From Cetorhinus maximus (lineage: Eukaryota): a stretch of 64,000 nt of DNA. Under the pieces are notes generated by a model that was not told the origin of the DNA, searched no databases, and saw only the letters and a program-made list of their open reading frames with translations. Of the stretch, positions 36,861-49,588 are shown in pieces. The stretch spans positions 74,648,001 through 74,712,000 of the forward strand of contig NC_135892.1 of assembly GCF_964194155.1 (NCBI RefSeq), written 5' to 3'. The position numbers were made by a program, and so were the translations under genes. Within the stretch, counting starts at the first letter, position 1, and every line of letters starts with the position of its first letter.

Positions 36861-39800
36861 TGTTCAGATGTGCATCAGAGCCAAGGACCAATGCATTAGA
36901 AAAAGGATGTAAACGTTTCATAAATATATTATGAGAAGGTAAACTGGCATGAAATTTAGAAGAATCTAATTGTAATATCTGCTCTCAAATTAAAGTTTAA
37001 TAAGTGAACTTTAGTAGAAGTATCCTAATTGGTGTAAATAAATTATGACATAAAGAAATAGCTCTCTTTCAGTAGATGTACCCTTTCCCTGCCATGTGCA
37101 CACATCAAAATAGTGCAGCACATTGACAGGAAAATATATTTCCAAAATTACAGAAGAAGAATTGTACATACGAAACTGATAATCCCAATATTCATATTCT
37201 AGACAAATGAAGATGGTCAGCCCAAGTACCTGCAATGGATTATTATGAAACCATATTAGAAGAGGAGGCCATAGAGATTTGGAAAGGAACTCTACCCAAA
37301 TCTTTAGAAACCTGAATCAACAAACATTCAATTTTGTAAAAAGACACTTGGAACACCTGCCTATATATAAAAAAGTATAAGTTCAACTTTGGTTCATAAA
37401 GATGATACCTCTGGCTTGGCTGGTTGCTGGTTTTATATTGATACAATATATGAAACATGAGGGCATTTGCCAATCTAACATCAAATGGCATGATAATGCC
37501 TCAAGGAGGTGCTGTGTACTGGCTGCAGTTTGACTGATTTTAAGTGAGAGAAGTTCCTTTACAAGTCCTGTATGGGTTCCTTTACTTATATGTACCATCA
37601 ATGCCACTAAAGTAAATAACAACAGTTCAGGCATTCCATTTGGAACAGCGTGCCAGGTACAAGTGGGAAACCCAGAAACAGGCCTGCTGTCTTAGGAAGA
37701 TATATAGAAAGCTGCAAAGTATGAGGGGGTGGGGAAGCTCAAGGTCACTATTACTAAGCAGAAACTGATCATACAAGAGCAAAACTTGCATGAACTGAAA
37801 GCAATTGCACCCCTGATATAAAGGCAGTGGGTGTTCAAGGCTTGAGCATAAAAAAGACAAAGTCAGGGCACTACAATATATTGCATTCCAGCAGATTTGT
37901 CAATAGTATTGACGGGAAAGTAAATAGGACCTTGTCAACGGGAGGGAAAACTTAACTTTTATTGCTTTTTTTTTCCAAAGTATATGGCCAACTATGTTTA
38001 TTATGCATTTCTGGTTAATGTCTCTTGGAGGAATAACCTTTTTGAAAATAATTATGACAATTGCCTTTGGAACACTGAGGAAGGAGCAGAAGCAGTGCTG
38101 CTCTTTGTCTACATTTACAATTACAGGACAATGATACAGATATTCCTGAGTATTCCCAGAGATTGCACTCCTGGGTGGCCTCAAAACTATCTTGCGAGCT
38201 GCAGTAAGAGGCTTTGAACTATATATGACATGCCAGATGCTGTTGCATCTTACAAACAACTGCACTCAATTAATTAAGCAACAACTTTCATCAGTCTTTG
38301 CAGAAAGTATTTTGCAAGTATTCTGCACCATATGTTGTGCAGAAAGTCTACTTTGTAACAATGAATGTTTTCACTATCAAGAGAAACATAATTGTTTTAT
38401 CTTACCATTGTGTATTTTGGAGTACTGTAAACTATTGGTGATTCGAAGCAAGATTGCATAACAACTTGACATTGAATGTCGATTTTTTTTTGCCTTTCCA
38501 AGTTACAAGTTTCAGGTGTATTACTTCATCCAATATACAATGTAAGAAGGAATAGGCCCCTCATGTTTAGACAGGAGAGTACAATGATAAACTGGATTTT
38601 GTATGCAACATGGAAACGCATATTTCAAATGAAATGGCACTGGATTTTGTCTGTGGGTAAATTATTGGAATTTGCTACGTTTTAAAATCAAGTCGAGCTC
38701 CCCTTTAAAAGAATATTGCCTTGTTAGCCACACTCCCTGATATTTTTCATGGGCTTGAAATGCAGCTGTTGCAAAACAAGAAACAGGAAACATGTTTATC
38801 TTTTCCAGTTATATTACTTTATATCTGACAGAGTGACATGGATATTTCATTTTTTTAAGTAGGAGAGTAAAGCAATGAAGCTAAGTGGAAAGATGTGTCC
38901 ATTTTAAATATAACAGCAAAATCATTTTAAAGGACGCTATAGTGTTTATAGCCCAAGGTCCTAGTTTTGCGAGGTCATTAAAGAAGACAGAGAATCCAAT
39001 AAATGCTGCAATTATTGCCCTAACAAACTAGTGGAAGTTATAATTCAAGTTTAATGAAAAATTAAAATGCTATAATCTTAAAATGTAAAAGATTTTGTGT
39101 AACTCTTGCTATAACATGCCTTATTAATTTTCAGGGCCTTTTAATCGAGCTCAGGATGGAAAATAAAATTTAAAAAACAGATTATTATTGGTTTAAAGGA
39201 CATGTCCTATTCAAGGTTGGGCTGTAGGCTGCATTTCCAGGGGCTTATTATATTGTCACTTTTTATAACTACTCCACAATGCTTAGTGAGACTACCAGAT
39301 ATAAAAATAAAACAGATTTCTTACCCTAATGCTGTCAACTCTTGTCATTGAATACAGTCATCTATCTGTAATACCATTGTTGGTAGCTGCAGAAAATGCA
39401 TGCTAAAGTCATGGATGTTATAAGAAGGGTACATTATATGGTTTCTCTGTTAATGAAGAAGTCATATACAATATATTAATAGTCATTGTATAAAAGACAG
39501 TGGTTGCAGGAAGAGCTATTGTATTTCTCTAGAGGTAGAGATTTGACAGGTGATAGTATTGTTATTCATTACAAGTGTTGCTATTCATTACATGTATTTA
39601 CAAATCTAATTTCAGGATTATTCCAGTTTGCCACTTGAAGAATGACAACGTGTAGCCATGAAACTCCTGTGCCGAGTTAAATTTTACAGGTTTGGACAAA
39701 GTAAGCAAGTAGGCACGTGGAAAAGTTGTTCAACTCAACTAACTTATTCAACCATGTATGATCCTGACAGATCATTGTTACATGCCTTCTGCCTCAGTGA

Positions 39801-40059
39801 CAAACTCATTTTCCTCTGCTTGCAGCTGAGCAAGGAATTTGTTCATTTTCTTTGTAAATGTTTCAACATTCACTGTTCAAGGTAGCAATCTGTTCCACAA
39901 ATATATAATTCTGCATATGATTGTGCTCTTATTATGTCTAATACTAGTTCACAGAAAGGACTTTTTCCTCAGCTTTATCTGACCCCTGCATAATTTAAAA
40001 ATATGTTCCATCAAACCATCCAAATTCAGCATATCGAATACCATCTTAAAGGAATAAAA

Positions 40060-40560
40060 GTCTTTTTAGTTTCTCTTTAAATAGTCCCAGGATGAGTTTA
40101 GACCTAGCACCTTTTTTTGCACCACTTTAAAGCCTCATTAACGTCTCTGCAGAAGTACAGTGACCAGAATGAGCTCGGCACTCCATGTGTAATGCAATCA
40201 ATACTTAATAGTGTTAATGAAACTTTCTTGAATTTGTGCTGTATGGTTTTCCCTAATGTTCTGTCTGATTTAACAATTATTTAAGTAACTAAAATAAAAC
40301 TTCCCACATTTAGCTAAATGTGTTTCCTGCTTCACTTTATTTAATAACCAACCTTGTGTTTTGTGATTACATTTGCTATTTTTAGTGCTGCACTATATTG
40401 CTTTATATTCCCCAATATTAATGGCATTTTTAATTTTACTGCCCATTTCCTATGTCTCTCTAGATCATTTTGAATGTTATTAATCAGCTGGTACACCCTT
40501 CTTTTCCACAACTTGTAATCCGCAAAAAAAAAGGATTTAGTTACATTAGTCAAGATCATT
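40060..40560 (-). mobile_element. Highly decayed CR1 RT fragment
   Basis: ORF 40341-40559 has FADYKL...IQNDLERHRKWAVK..M, resembling CR1 FADDTKL..LQ.DLD.L..WA..W.M. Confidence 0.6.
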
Positions 40561-41194
40561 AATGCATTTTATGACAAGGGTCCCTGAACCGATCTTTAGA
40601 AAACTACAGTGATCACAGTTGCCCAGTTGAAATGATTAAACTGATAGCTGAAACACATGAAATTTTATCTAGCCAATTAATATAAGTTACAACTTTATCT
40701 TTGGATCCCATGACACCTCAGTTTAGCCGCAAGTATCCTACTGCAGACCTTATTGATTGCTTTCTTAAAGTTAGTTCATTCATTAACTCAATGATATGCT
40801 CTTTAGTCATGACTCGCCTTTCATAATCTATGTTAACTTAAAATTACTGCTTGAATTTTGTTTTGCACAATAGATGTCCAAACCATTAGTTGTCAGATAG
40901 TAATAGATACATTTTGCAATATTTTCACAGCACCATTTACTTTCAGTCTAATTTCGTTTCGTGTTTTTAGTTTAATCTAACTGACCCCAACACCTTCGGA
41001 ACTACTTTCCCTCTAAGCTGTGTGGAAACACCCAAAGGTTCCTGTGCAGGCTGTGCACGTCAGCCTCTTTAAGTCACCCATGTGCATGGCCACACACAAA
41101 AATTTAAAGGGCTCACAACCCTAATTGAATCGGCCGCACTCTACAAAAAAATTGCTTCTGAACACTCTTTTAAACTGTTCAGAAAGTGTCAGCC

Positions 41195-41650
41195 CTGGTT
41201 TAGTGGGTACCAGTCTCACCTCCAAGTCAGAAGGTTGTGGATTTGTATGCCATTCCAGGGGCTTGAGCTCCAAATATAGATTGATACTCCAGTGCAGTAA
41301 CGAAGAATTGCTGAGCTGTCGAAGATGCTGTCTTTCGGATGAAATATTGTACTGAGGCCCTGGTGTCCACAACTGTTAGGTGGATGTGAAAGATCCCACA
41401 GCACTATTTGGAAGAAGAGCAGGAGAGTTTACCCTGGTACCCTGACTAATATTTATCCGTCAGTCAACAGCTAAAAACAAATTACCTGGTCTTTATCACA
41501 TTGTTGTCTTTGGGACTTTACTGTGTGCAAATTGGCTGCTATGTTTTCTGCATTACAACAATAACTGTACTTCAAAAACAACTTCATTGGCTGTAAAGCA
41601 CATTGGGATATCTTGAGGCCATCAAAGGTGTGATATAACTGCTATGTTTT
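41195..41650 (+). mobile_element. DeuSINE (SacSINE1/AmnSINE1-like)
   Basis: tRNA-like head (tttagtgg..aagtcagaaggttgtgg), Deu-domain-like core (gtctttcggatgaaa..gaggccc..ggtggatgtgaaagatcccacagcactattt..gaagagcagg) and tail cttcattggctgtaaagc. A second tail fragment lies at ~41905-42000. Family assigned from memory. Confidence 0.8.
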
Positions 41651-42277
41651 CTTTATTTTTCCAAATAACCCTTTTAATCCTAACTACTGTTCCCTGCAGA
41701 AACTAAAATACATCCTCAACTACTGAACTGGAAATGTTCCTGATGTTTTCCATTAGTTTTTTGGTTGATGCAATGCATTTTCTGTCACATTGAAAAATTG
41801 CAATACGACCAAAGAGTACAATAACTGTGGTGAAAGCATTGAGTTCAATAACAGTTGTAGAAGTAGTGAACACAATAACCATAGGATAACTAGCCTATGT
41901 TGAATGCTGCACTTCAAAAATGACCCCATTGGCTGTAAAACCTTTGGTATGTCCTTAGGTAATGAAAGGCACTAACTAAATGCAAATTCCTTTCTTTCTA
42001 ATATAATTAGTGACTACACTAACTGATATAATTAGGTAGGATTGTTGCCAAATTGATGACACATCAAATTTCACCAAACTGAGCTTTGTAACAGTTGGGC
42101 ATTAGAAACATATCTATCCATATATCGAACTCTGTTTTTCCTCATCAGCGACAGGCAAAGGTATGACTTCACACTGCTGGCTCACATGGATTTAAGTGTG
42201 TAATGAATGTAATGCAATTATCTGCAAAATACCATGTATGTGTTAATGCCCATCCTTGTATAGGGGGAGTACAAGTT

Positions 42278-42500
42278 ATAAAAAACAGAAAATGTTGGAA
42301 ATGCTCAGGAGGTCAAGCAGCATCTGTGGAGGGAGAGGGTGAGAGAGACAAAGTTAATCTTTCAGTTCGATTGCTTTTAATTGGGACAGTTCTGATCAAA
42401 AGTCATTGACCTCACGCTGCTTCTCTCTCCACGGTGCAGCTTTTCCAGCATTTTCTATTTTTATTTCAGATTTCCAGAATCCACAGTATTTTGTTGTTAT
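42278..42500. repeat. Old Penelope-tail-derived inverted repeat
   Basis: aaaaacagaaaatgttggaaatgctcagg...cagttctgatcaaaagtcattgacc...ttccagcattttctatttttatttcagatttccag. Same architecture as 4903-5290, with an eroded ribozyme core. Confidence 0.7.
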
Positions 42501-42559
42501 TTCACATGGGTTCTAAAATTATGTACGTTCTACACCAGTTCTTGATATTAAAATAGCAA

Positions 42560-43540
42560 CTCCAGTGCTGATTTTAACCTCTTCTCCCTGTATCTATTCT
42601 GCTAGTGCATTTCTAGTGGAGTCAAGAGTTCGAAGGGAGAGTTATATAAATATTACAATAGTGGAAAGATGGAACAAGCACTGTTAGAAACTGCTTCCCC
42701 ATGGCTGTGATTTTTACATTTTTTTTCTTTTCACCCTTTCACCCAGATTATTGTTCAACATCTCTTACTCCTGTACATTTTCAATATATTTTCTTCATAT
42801 GTAAATTTGTCTGATTTTCCTTTACAGTTGTTTTCTCCTTTTGTAATTAATTGGATCTAATGGTTGGCATTAATATAGTCCTCCGTACACACATTATATT
42901 TGCACTTATTCCATGACATGCATGAAAAGTATTTAATTTTTGAAATATTTTCTTCTCAAGTACTATGGCCCATTGTTACCTCCTCAGTTCTTTTCTCATT
43001 GCTTTAAAATTGCCTCTCAATTAATCCTTGCTCTAGTCCATACCACAATATCAAAGTTAATGACATTATAATCGCTGATACACAGTTTTCTCCAGCCTAC
43101 AAATTTGCCACTATCTCAAGCTCACTCCCAAATACTAAATCAAGCATGTCTCCCTCTCTCATCCCCCTTAACCTGCTGCATCAAGAAGCAGTGCTGTTTT
43201 GACACAATAAATTTGCCTCCTCCTTTTGAAGAATCCGCACCCTCATCCTGCTTCAATTTCGAGTAATTAAAATCACCCTGGATTAGTACCCTCCCTTTCT
43301 CTGATGCACTCTTTATTTGCTTGAATAATTCCATATCATTTTTTCCTTTTACCCCGGTGGTCTATAGCAATCCCCAATTAATAATTTGCTTCCCTTGCTG
43401 TCGCAGTTTTCCACTTAAATTGACTCAGACCTCCACTCATCTGAGGTTAAATCAACTATTTCAATAACTGTCAGATCCTCCCTACCAACAACATTACCCC
43501 TCACCCACCCTATGTTTTCCTCTTCCTTTCATACATTTTA
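42560..43540 (-). mobile_element. Decayed CR1 ORF2 endonuclease region
   Basis: ORF 43140-43334 contains GRVLIQGDFNY, and upstream GDCYRPP-like sequence is present (APE endonuclease motifs). Boundaries are approximate. Confidence 0.65.
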
Positions 43541-46483
43541 AACCATGCTAAATGAAACTCATATAAAGATAACACTGATGTAGAAGGGCTTACATAGGTT
43601 CATTATATTGCTACTGAATATGATAAGACATTTGGTAATTCTCTACTGAAGTGATGCTTTTTCACTGCTGACATCTCCTTACACACTCAAACAGCCTGAG
43701 GTTATTATTTTAAACAGTGTAATGATGGGTATCAATGGTGTATCATTCTGATTAGGATTTAAGTTTTTGTATATGTATATACGTAAGTGATGTAAGAGGA
43801 ATGTCTCCTCTAGCAGTTAGCATAACTTGTGAAATGGATCCTGTAACAAACCTACAAGATGTTTGACCTACTGTCTGTGGTATGTGTTTATTAATATTAA
43901 ATATGCAATTCATTTGCCTCTATTTTCTATATATCATTTAGAAAGGCGCACAAAAAGACCATCACTGTAGTAACTCAATCTTTATTCTGAATTAAGAATT
44001 TTAATATTCGGAATAAAACTGCTTACAGTATTATACTTACACATACAGGTCACATGTAGATAATGAGCAACCTAATATATTAGCACTGCCAAGAGTGAGA
44101 ATGGATTGTGCATTGCAACGCTACACAAAAAGACCCTAAAATGATTAATTTCATAGAACAGGAAACCATAGAAGAGAATGGACAGTAATTTAGCTTTAAA
44201 TTACATCAGTATCTATTTGAAACAAAAACGGTTACAGAGAAATATCATTAATAACCTTATTTTCAATTTTATTTAATCAATTTCTATCAATACAAAAGTA
44301 CATATATAGTATATATAATTTTTTTGTCCAGTTTACTTAATTAGAAGAGCTTGATTATAGCTGTTGAACCCTGAACATAAAAAAAATTTGCATCACATTT
44401 TGCAATTCGCCTTTTTTGTTTCCCATGGTGTATTTGTGATGCAAAGAAGGAGCAATGTGTGGCACTCAGGAACTGACAAACATTGTCCTTTTTTTAATGT
44501 CCCCTTACCTTGCTATTGCTAAGGTTACTAGTCCAGGTGCTATTAGAACCGTTACTGAGAATATGCACTAACAGAGCCTTTACCACTTCCTGACGTGAAC
44601 GAATTGACCTGGTCACATTGCAGTTCAGAATATGGCTTGGTAGAGGTAGCCAAGAAATTTGGCTTCCTCATTAATTTGCTACTATACTAAACTACCATCT
44701 GCTACTTCCAAACACACAGCTCAGGGATGGCACCATTCTGACCTCTTTTGGATCCTCCCATAGTCAACCCAGTGGGGTTTTTGGGCAATCTTAAATATCC
44801 ACTTGGTTAATGTGTTACTCCTTTCAGAGCCTGACCCTGTGGAGGACCTTAATTAATGGCCAACATCAAAGTTTGACGTCATGGTGTATTTAGTTTTGCA
44901 AATATCAGCTGCAGCAAAATTAACAATTAACACTCTGATTTAAAAATCTGTAATACATAAAGCATATTTGCTCACCTTTATTGAATGTTGCCTAACTAAA
45001 TGTTAAGTCACTTTTCTCAATATCACTAAATAGGGTACCAGATCAAAGTATTTTTGATGGCGCGGAGGCAGTGGCATAAGGCTTCTTTGTGTCCTACACT
45101 TTCACATTCTGAAGTGTTCTGGAAAATGAGTTGTGCATTGATAATGAATCTTCCTAAACTAATACAATTTCCAGCTATGTAATGTTTGTTATTATCCCAT
45201 CAAGTACATCATGTAATACACTTGAATCATTGTACCTAGATTGTAAATGTCATACTTTGTTCACAAATCCTAAGATTCCTATGTAATTGCATCATACTAA
45301 TGTGTATAGGATTATAAATTTTTCACCCATATTAGAAGATAAATGATAGATTTCTGACTAAGAAATTTTTTTACCAAAGGACGTTATCAAACCCAACTTG
45401 AAACGAGTCTTAATTGCACAAATGTATGCCCAAAATGTGCTACCAAATATTGCTCATAAATACTAATCTGTTGTCTCCCTTAATTTTTGTTAAATTTGCA
45501 ATTTTATTTTAGTTGAGCTCAGCATTTATTATTAATTCACAACACATAATGTGGTGGATTTGTTCAGGAAACAAACTTTGTTGAGTATTAATGGTGCAAA
45601 GGATTACAATAGGCAGAATAATTTCAGCTCTTATTTTAAGAAGTTAAGATGTTTGCAAGCCAATGCATTATTTACCTTTGCATTCTCATAATCACTTTTA
45701 ATCATGTAAGCGTGCTTTTATTTCCTTCATATTAATGAATGTAAGCTGGTTGTAGTGGAGTCCTGTGGGCAGAGTTTGTCTCATAGTGCTAAAAAGATGG
45801 AGCTACGAAGGGAGAATTCTGACTGAAGACGTTACATACTGCTGGGACAGTTTTAAGTAAAACTGACACATGCACACAAAGACATGTCAGGGCATGTCCC
45901 TGATGTGGTGGTTTACCACAGACACTCTGTCTATAAAAACTGAACTAGACAACAGCCCACACTCAGGAATGTGTGAATGGCCTTCTTCCTGCCCCAAGAT
46001 ACAGAAATCCCATCCATTGCCGGTATGCACTTGGAGGCACCCCTCTGCTGAGGGCAGGATATGACCATGTGGTCCTGGGTGGCCAGGGTGGGAATAATAA
46101 CCCAATCGGACGATCCGATTTAAGGTATTGCCTTATATGCCAAAGGCCAGGGTCAGGAAGGTGTATAAAGAATCGGCCCTCAAGGACATTGGACTGAATT
46201 GTTCAAGATTTGCACAAAGTGCAGTAATGGGTGGGGAAAAAGGACATTTTACCCGTCGGCCGCAATGGCAGGTTTTCGCGCCATAACGTCCCATGCCTGC
46301 TGTGTCCTACCTCATTATTAATGCATTCGTGGGAAACTGAGATCGTGGGATTGCTGGTGGGCAGGCTCAGATTTGCCTTCCACGCCATGACCTCAGCGCT
46401 TCCTCACTCTGGGCGCCATATTTAAAGTGCACGAGAGTGCTGCCTACTTCATGCCTCCAGATCAGGGCTGCTCCAGGCGACCA

Positions 46484-47825
46484 ATGGCCCCGAAAGCAAA
46501 GACGACGACAGCCCCCAAATTTAGCGACACCGCTCTGGGACACCTGCTGGACACAGTGGAAGGCCGCTGTGATGTCCTCTACATCCTCTCTGGCTGCAGG
46601 GAGTCCGCCGGAGTAATGAATCTGGCCTGGGAGGTGTTGGCAGCGATGGTAAGCATTACCAGAGCACAGACGAGGGCAGCCATCCAGTGCAGGATGAGGA
46701 TGAATGTTCTCTTCCATTCTGCTAGGGTAAGTCAACCACCTCATCACTCTCAACTCTCACTCACAAACGCATCACACATCCACAGGGATCTCACAACTCA
46801 AAGGACAATATCACTAACTCTCACACACACACACACACACACACACATCATCAGGCGTATATCCTCTGGAGCTCATGTCCTCATCCCATCCATGGCTCCG
46901 CTCACCACACAAACATTCCATGCAGTGCCATGTGTCCTGCGCACACTCTCTCCATCTGTTTTCATGAAGGAGAAGGTGACTCACATCAGCAGGAAGAAGT
47001 CCTAGACCATGGGTGGAGTGGTCCACATTAGGCCCCTCACTCACTTTAAGGAGCGTGCCATCGCGCTGACTGGTGAGGACATGGACCATGCCTGCGGCGA
47101 TAGGTCGGTGGTGAAAACCCACATGAGGATCCTGCACCACATCATCCCCCTCTCAATGCAATTGTGAGTGCTCTCTCTCCTGCTATCGATCCTGCTGCCA
47201 TGCACTAATTATCTCTACTTTGATTCACAGGGAGCTCTGCCAAGCGACCGACACCCTCAGCCAACCAGTCCCTCATCTCTATCTACGTCCTCACCTCCAG
47301 CCAAGAGAACCTCAGCTCTATCCAGGTCCTCATCTCCAGCCAAGGGGACACCTCTTCCATTGAAGGGCTGGAAATAAGCAGCCTGAAAGATCCGTCACAG
47401 TGCTTACCTACACCCTCCACCAGTGCAGGGACACACACCTCGGTGGGACCTAGATCTAGATCGGGCACGGGTTTACAATCTGGTGGTCACTGCATGGACA
47501 CGTGCCGCAGCAGGAGGAGGCAGGTTCAGCCGAGCTCCCTGGCACTCGGAGGATTGCTGGGGAAGAGGCATCTATGAGGTCCGAGTCAGATGATGAGCCT
47601 CTGGATTCGGCCTTCCAACTCATCGTGGAGAATCAGCAGAAGTTGGGGAGTCATCCCATAGAGCTGTTGGAAGTCCTCAATGAGTAGCATGCGAATTGGA
47701 AGCGTGTGTCCGTCTGCTTCCTGATGAAGTAGGGCCCACGTGTGGGTATGGAGGTCTCCATGGGAAGGATGGCAGACACCATGGAGACCCTGGTCCAGCA
47801 GAACGCAGAGATGCACTCAGGGCCG
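46484..47825 (+). pseudogene. Harbinger Myb/SANT-like gene, copy 2 (3'-truncated)
   Basis: Exon 1 (46484-46726, 243 nt) is MAPKAKTTTAPKFSD..LLDTV..AWEVLA..QCRMRMNVL, followed by GTAAGT. Exon 2 from 46970 reads EKVTHISRKKS*TMGGV. The exon 3 acceptor is ttcacag at 47230. Confidence 0.85.
46821..46847. repeat. (CA)n microsatellite in Myb intron 1
   Basis: Directly visible CA run. Confidence 0.9.
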
Positions 47826-48479
47826 TTTGGAGCCTCGTGCAAGCACTCCCCCATGCACATGGTGTCTTCATCCATCATACTCACCTCAATGTTCTGAGCA
47901 TTTTCAGTGCTGCCTGCTGGGGTTCGCTTTCAGTTGTTCATCTGAACCCACCTGCATCTCCACCCACCCACTGACCACACTCCCATGCAGCACCTGTGCC
48001 CATCCAATACAAGGATCCGCTCACTTTTGATTTTGACAACCATGGTGGTTGTTAAGTTTCTAATCCGCTCCTCCATCCTTTTCCTTCCCCCAATCACCCA
48101 TCTCCTTCCCCCCATGACTGTTGACCCCACCTGGCATCAGCTTCTATCTCCGCACTGTCACCTACCAAACAGAACCCTCGTCTTTCCAGGATGTTCAGAT
48201 GAACATGCATGTTCCTTACTTCCTGTGAATCCCACCCCAATCCACATTGACCTCCCTGACCTTGTCCTTCCCACCCTCCAGGCTCCTTGTCTGCCTTCTA
48301 GTCCCCATCAATCATCCTTGCTGTTCCTTTTACCACTACCGTCACACCCTCACCTTCCCTACCGGCTCCCTCTGCTCCCTCTCATACTCACCATTCCCTC
48401 CTACCACACCTGCCTTTAGTTCACTCCCCAGGAGGCAGTCACTGACTGCAGCTAACCCCTCCCTTGTACGTTCACCTGG

Positions 48480-48900
48480 ACATCCCCCTATTTACTCCCC
48501 CCTCCACCCTTACTCCTTCCTCCACCCTTAATCCCTCCTCCCTGCATACACCTCCCCCCCCCCCCCCCCCCAAACTTCCTCCTCCACTCCAGGCACCTTC
48601 TCCCCTCCGAACTCCTTGCCCTGCTCCGAACTCCTTCACTCCCCTCTGAACTCCTTCCCCCCCGCCAAACTCCTTCCCCTCCCTCTGAACACCTTCAATT
48701 ATATCTTCCTCTCCTCTTAAACCTACCTCTCTACTTGCTGCATTCCTCCCTGTTACACCCTCCTCCCTTGCAATCCTTTCCCCCAACCCCCACGAACCTT
48801 AGCACCACCCCCCCCCAACACCTTCATTTCCCCCTCCCCCCTCCCCCCAACCTCACCCCACCAACCCCCACCTCACCCCGGTACATCTCATTCTCCCCCC
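48480..48900. repeat. C-rich low-complexity tract with ~19-bp tandem units (ccctccgaactccttc..) at ~48600-48697
   Basis: About five gaactcctt-like units plus poly-C runs. Confidence 0.75.
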
Positions 48901-49234
48901 ACTCGCTGATCATCTGTAGTAGCCAATGGCCAAGATCATAATGTTCTGAAGCAGACCTGAGACATCAATGGAGATCTCCCACCTTCTGTGAGCTACTTCA
49001 CGGCGGAGCCATGTCCATGAAAATCCACCCAGCATGCATTGCACGTGTTCCTCCAGGGTCTGGTCACTGTAGGGCTCCATCATCTTCTGCTCCTCGGATG
49101 TCCGCGATGTAAGCAAGACCCAAACAGTAAGTCACGACTTCTGCATGTCACACTTGTCCAGATGTGTTCTGGGCCGTAGTGTTTTCCCGCCAGTAAATTT
49201 TATCGGCCTTCAGCCAGATTGGCGTTCTGCCATG

Positions 49235-49588
49235 GCAGACATCATTGGATGATCTATTAATCCAGAGACCTAGGGTAATGCTGTAGGGACCTGGATTCAA
49301 ATCCCGCCAAGGCAGATGGTGGAATTTGAATTCAATGAAAAAAAAAATTGGAATTAAAAGTCTAATGAAGACCGTTAAACCATTGTTGATTGTTATAAAA
49401 ACCCATCTGGTTCATCAATGTCCTTCAGGGAAGGAAATCTGCTGTTCTTACCTGCTCTAGCCTGCATGTGACTCCAGACCCACAGCAATGTGGTTGACTC
49501 TTAAATGCCCTCTGAACAAGGGCAATTGGGGATGGGCAATAAATGCTGGCCTAGCCAGCAACTCCCACATCCCATGAATGAATGTTAA
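49235..49588 (+). mobile_element. tRNA-derived SINE with LINE-derived tail, inserted in Harbinger copy 2
   Basis: B-box-like ggattcaaatccc. The tail caagggcaattggggatgggcaataaatgctggcctagccagc..cccacatcccatgaatgaat matches the LINE end at 5443-5510. Confidence 0.8.

Noticed and set aside
47985-48941. Proline- or glycine-rich proteins
   Set aside because: Artefacts of C-rich low-complexity sequence.
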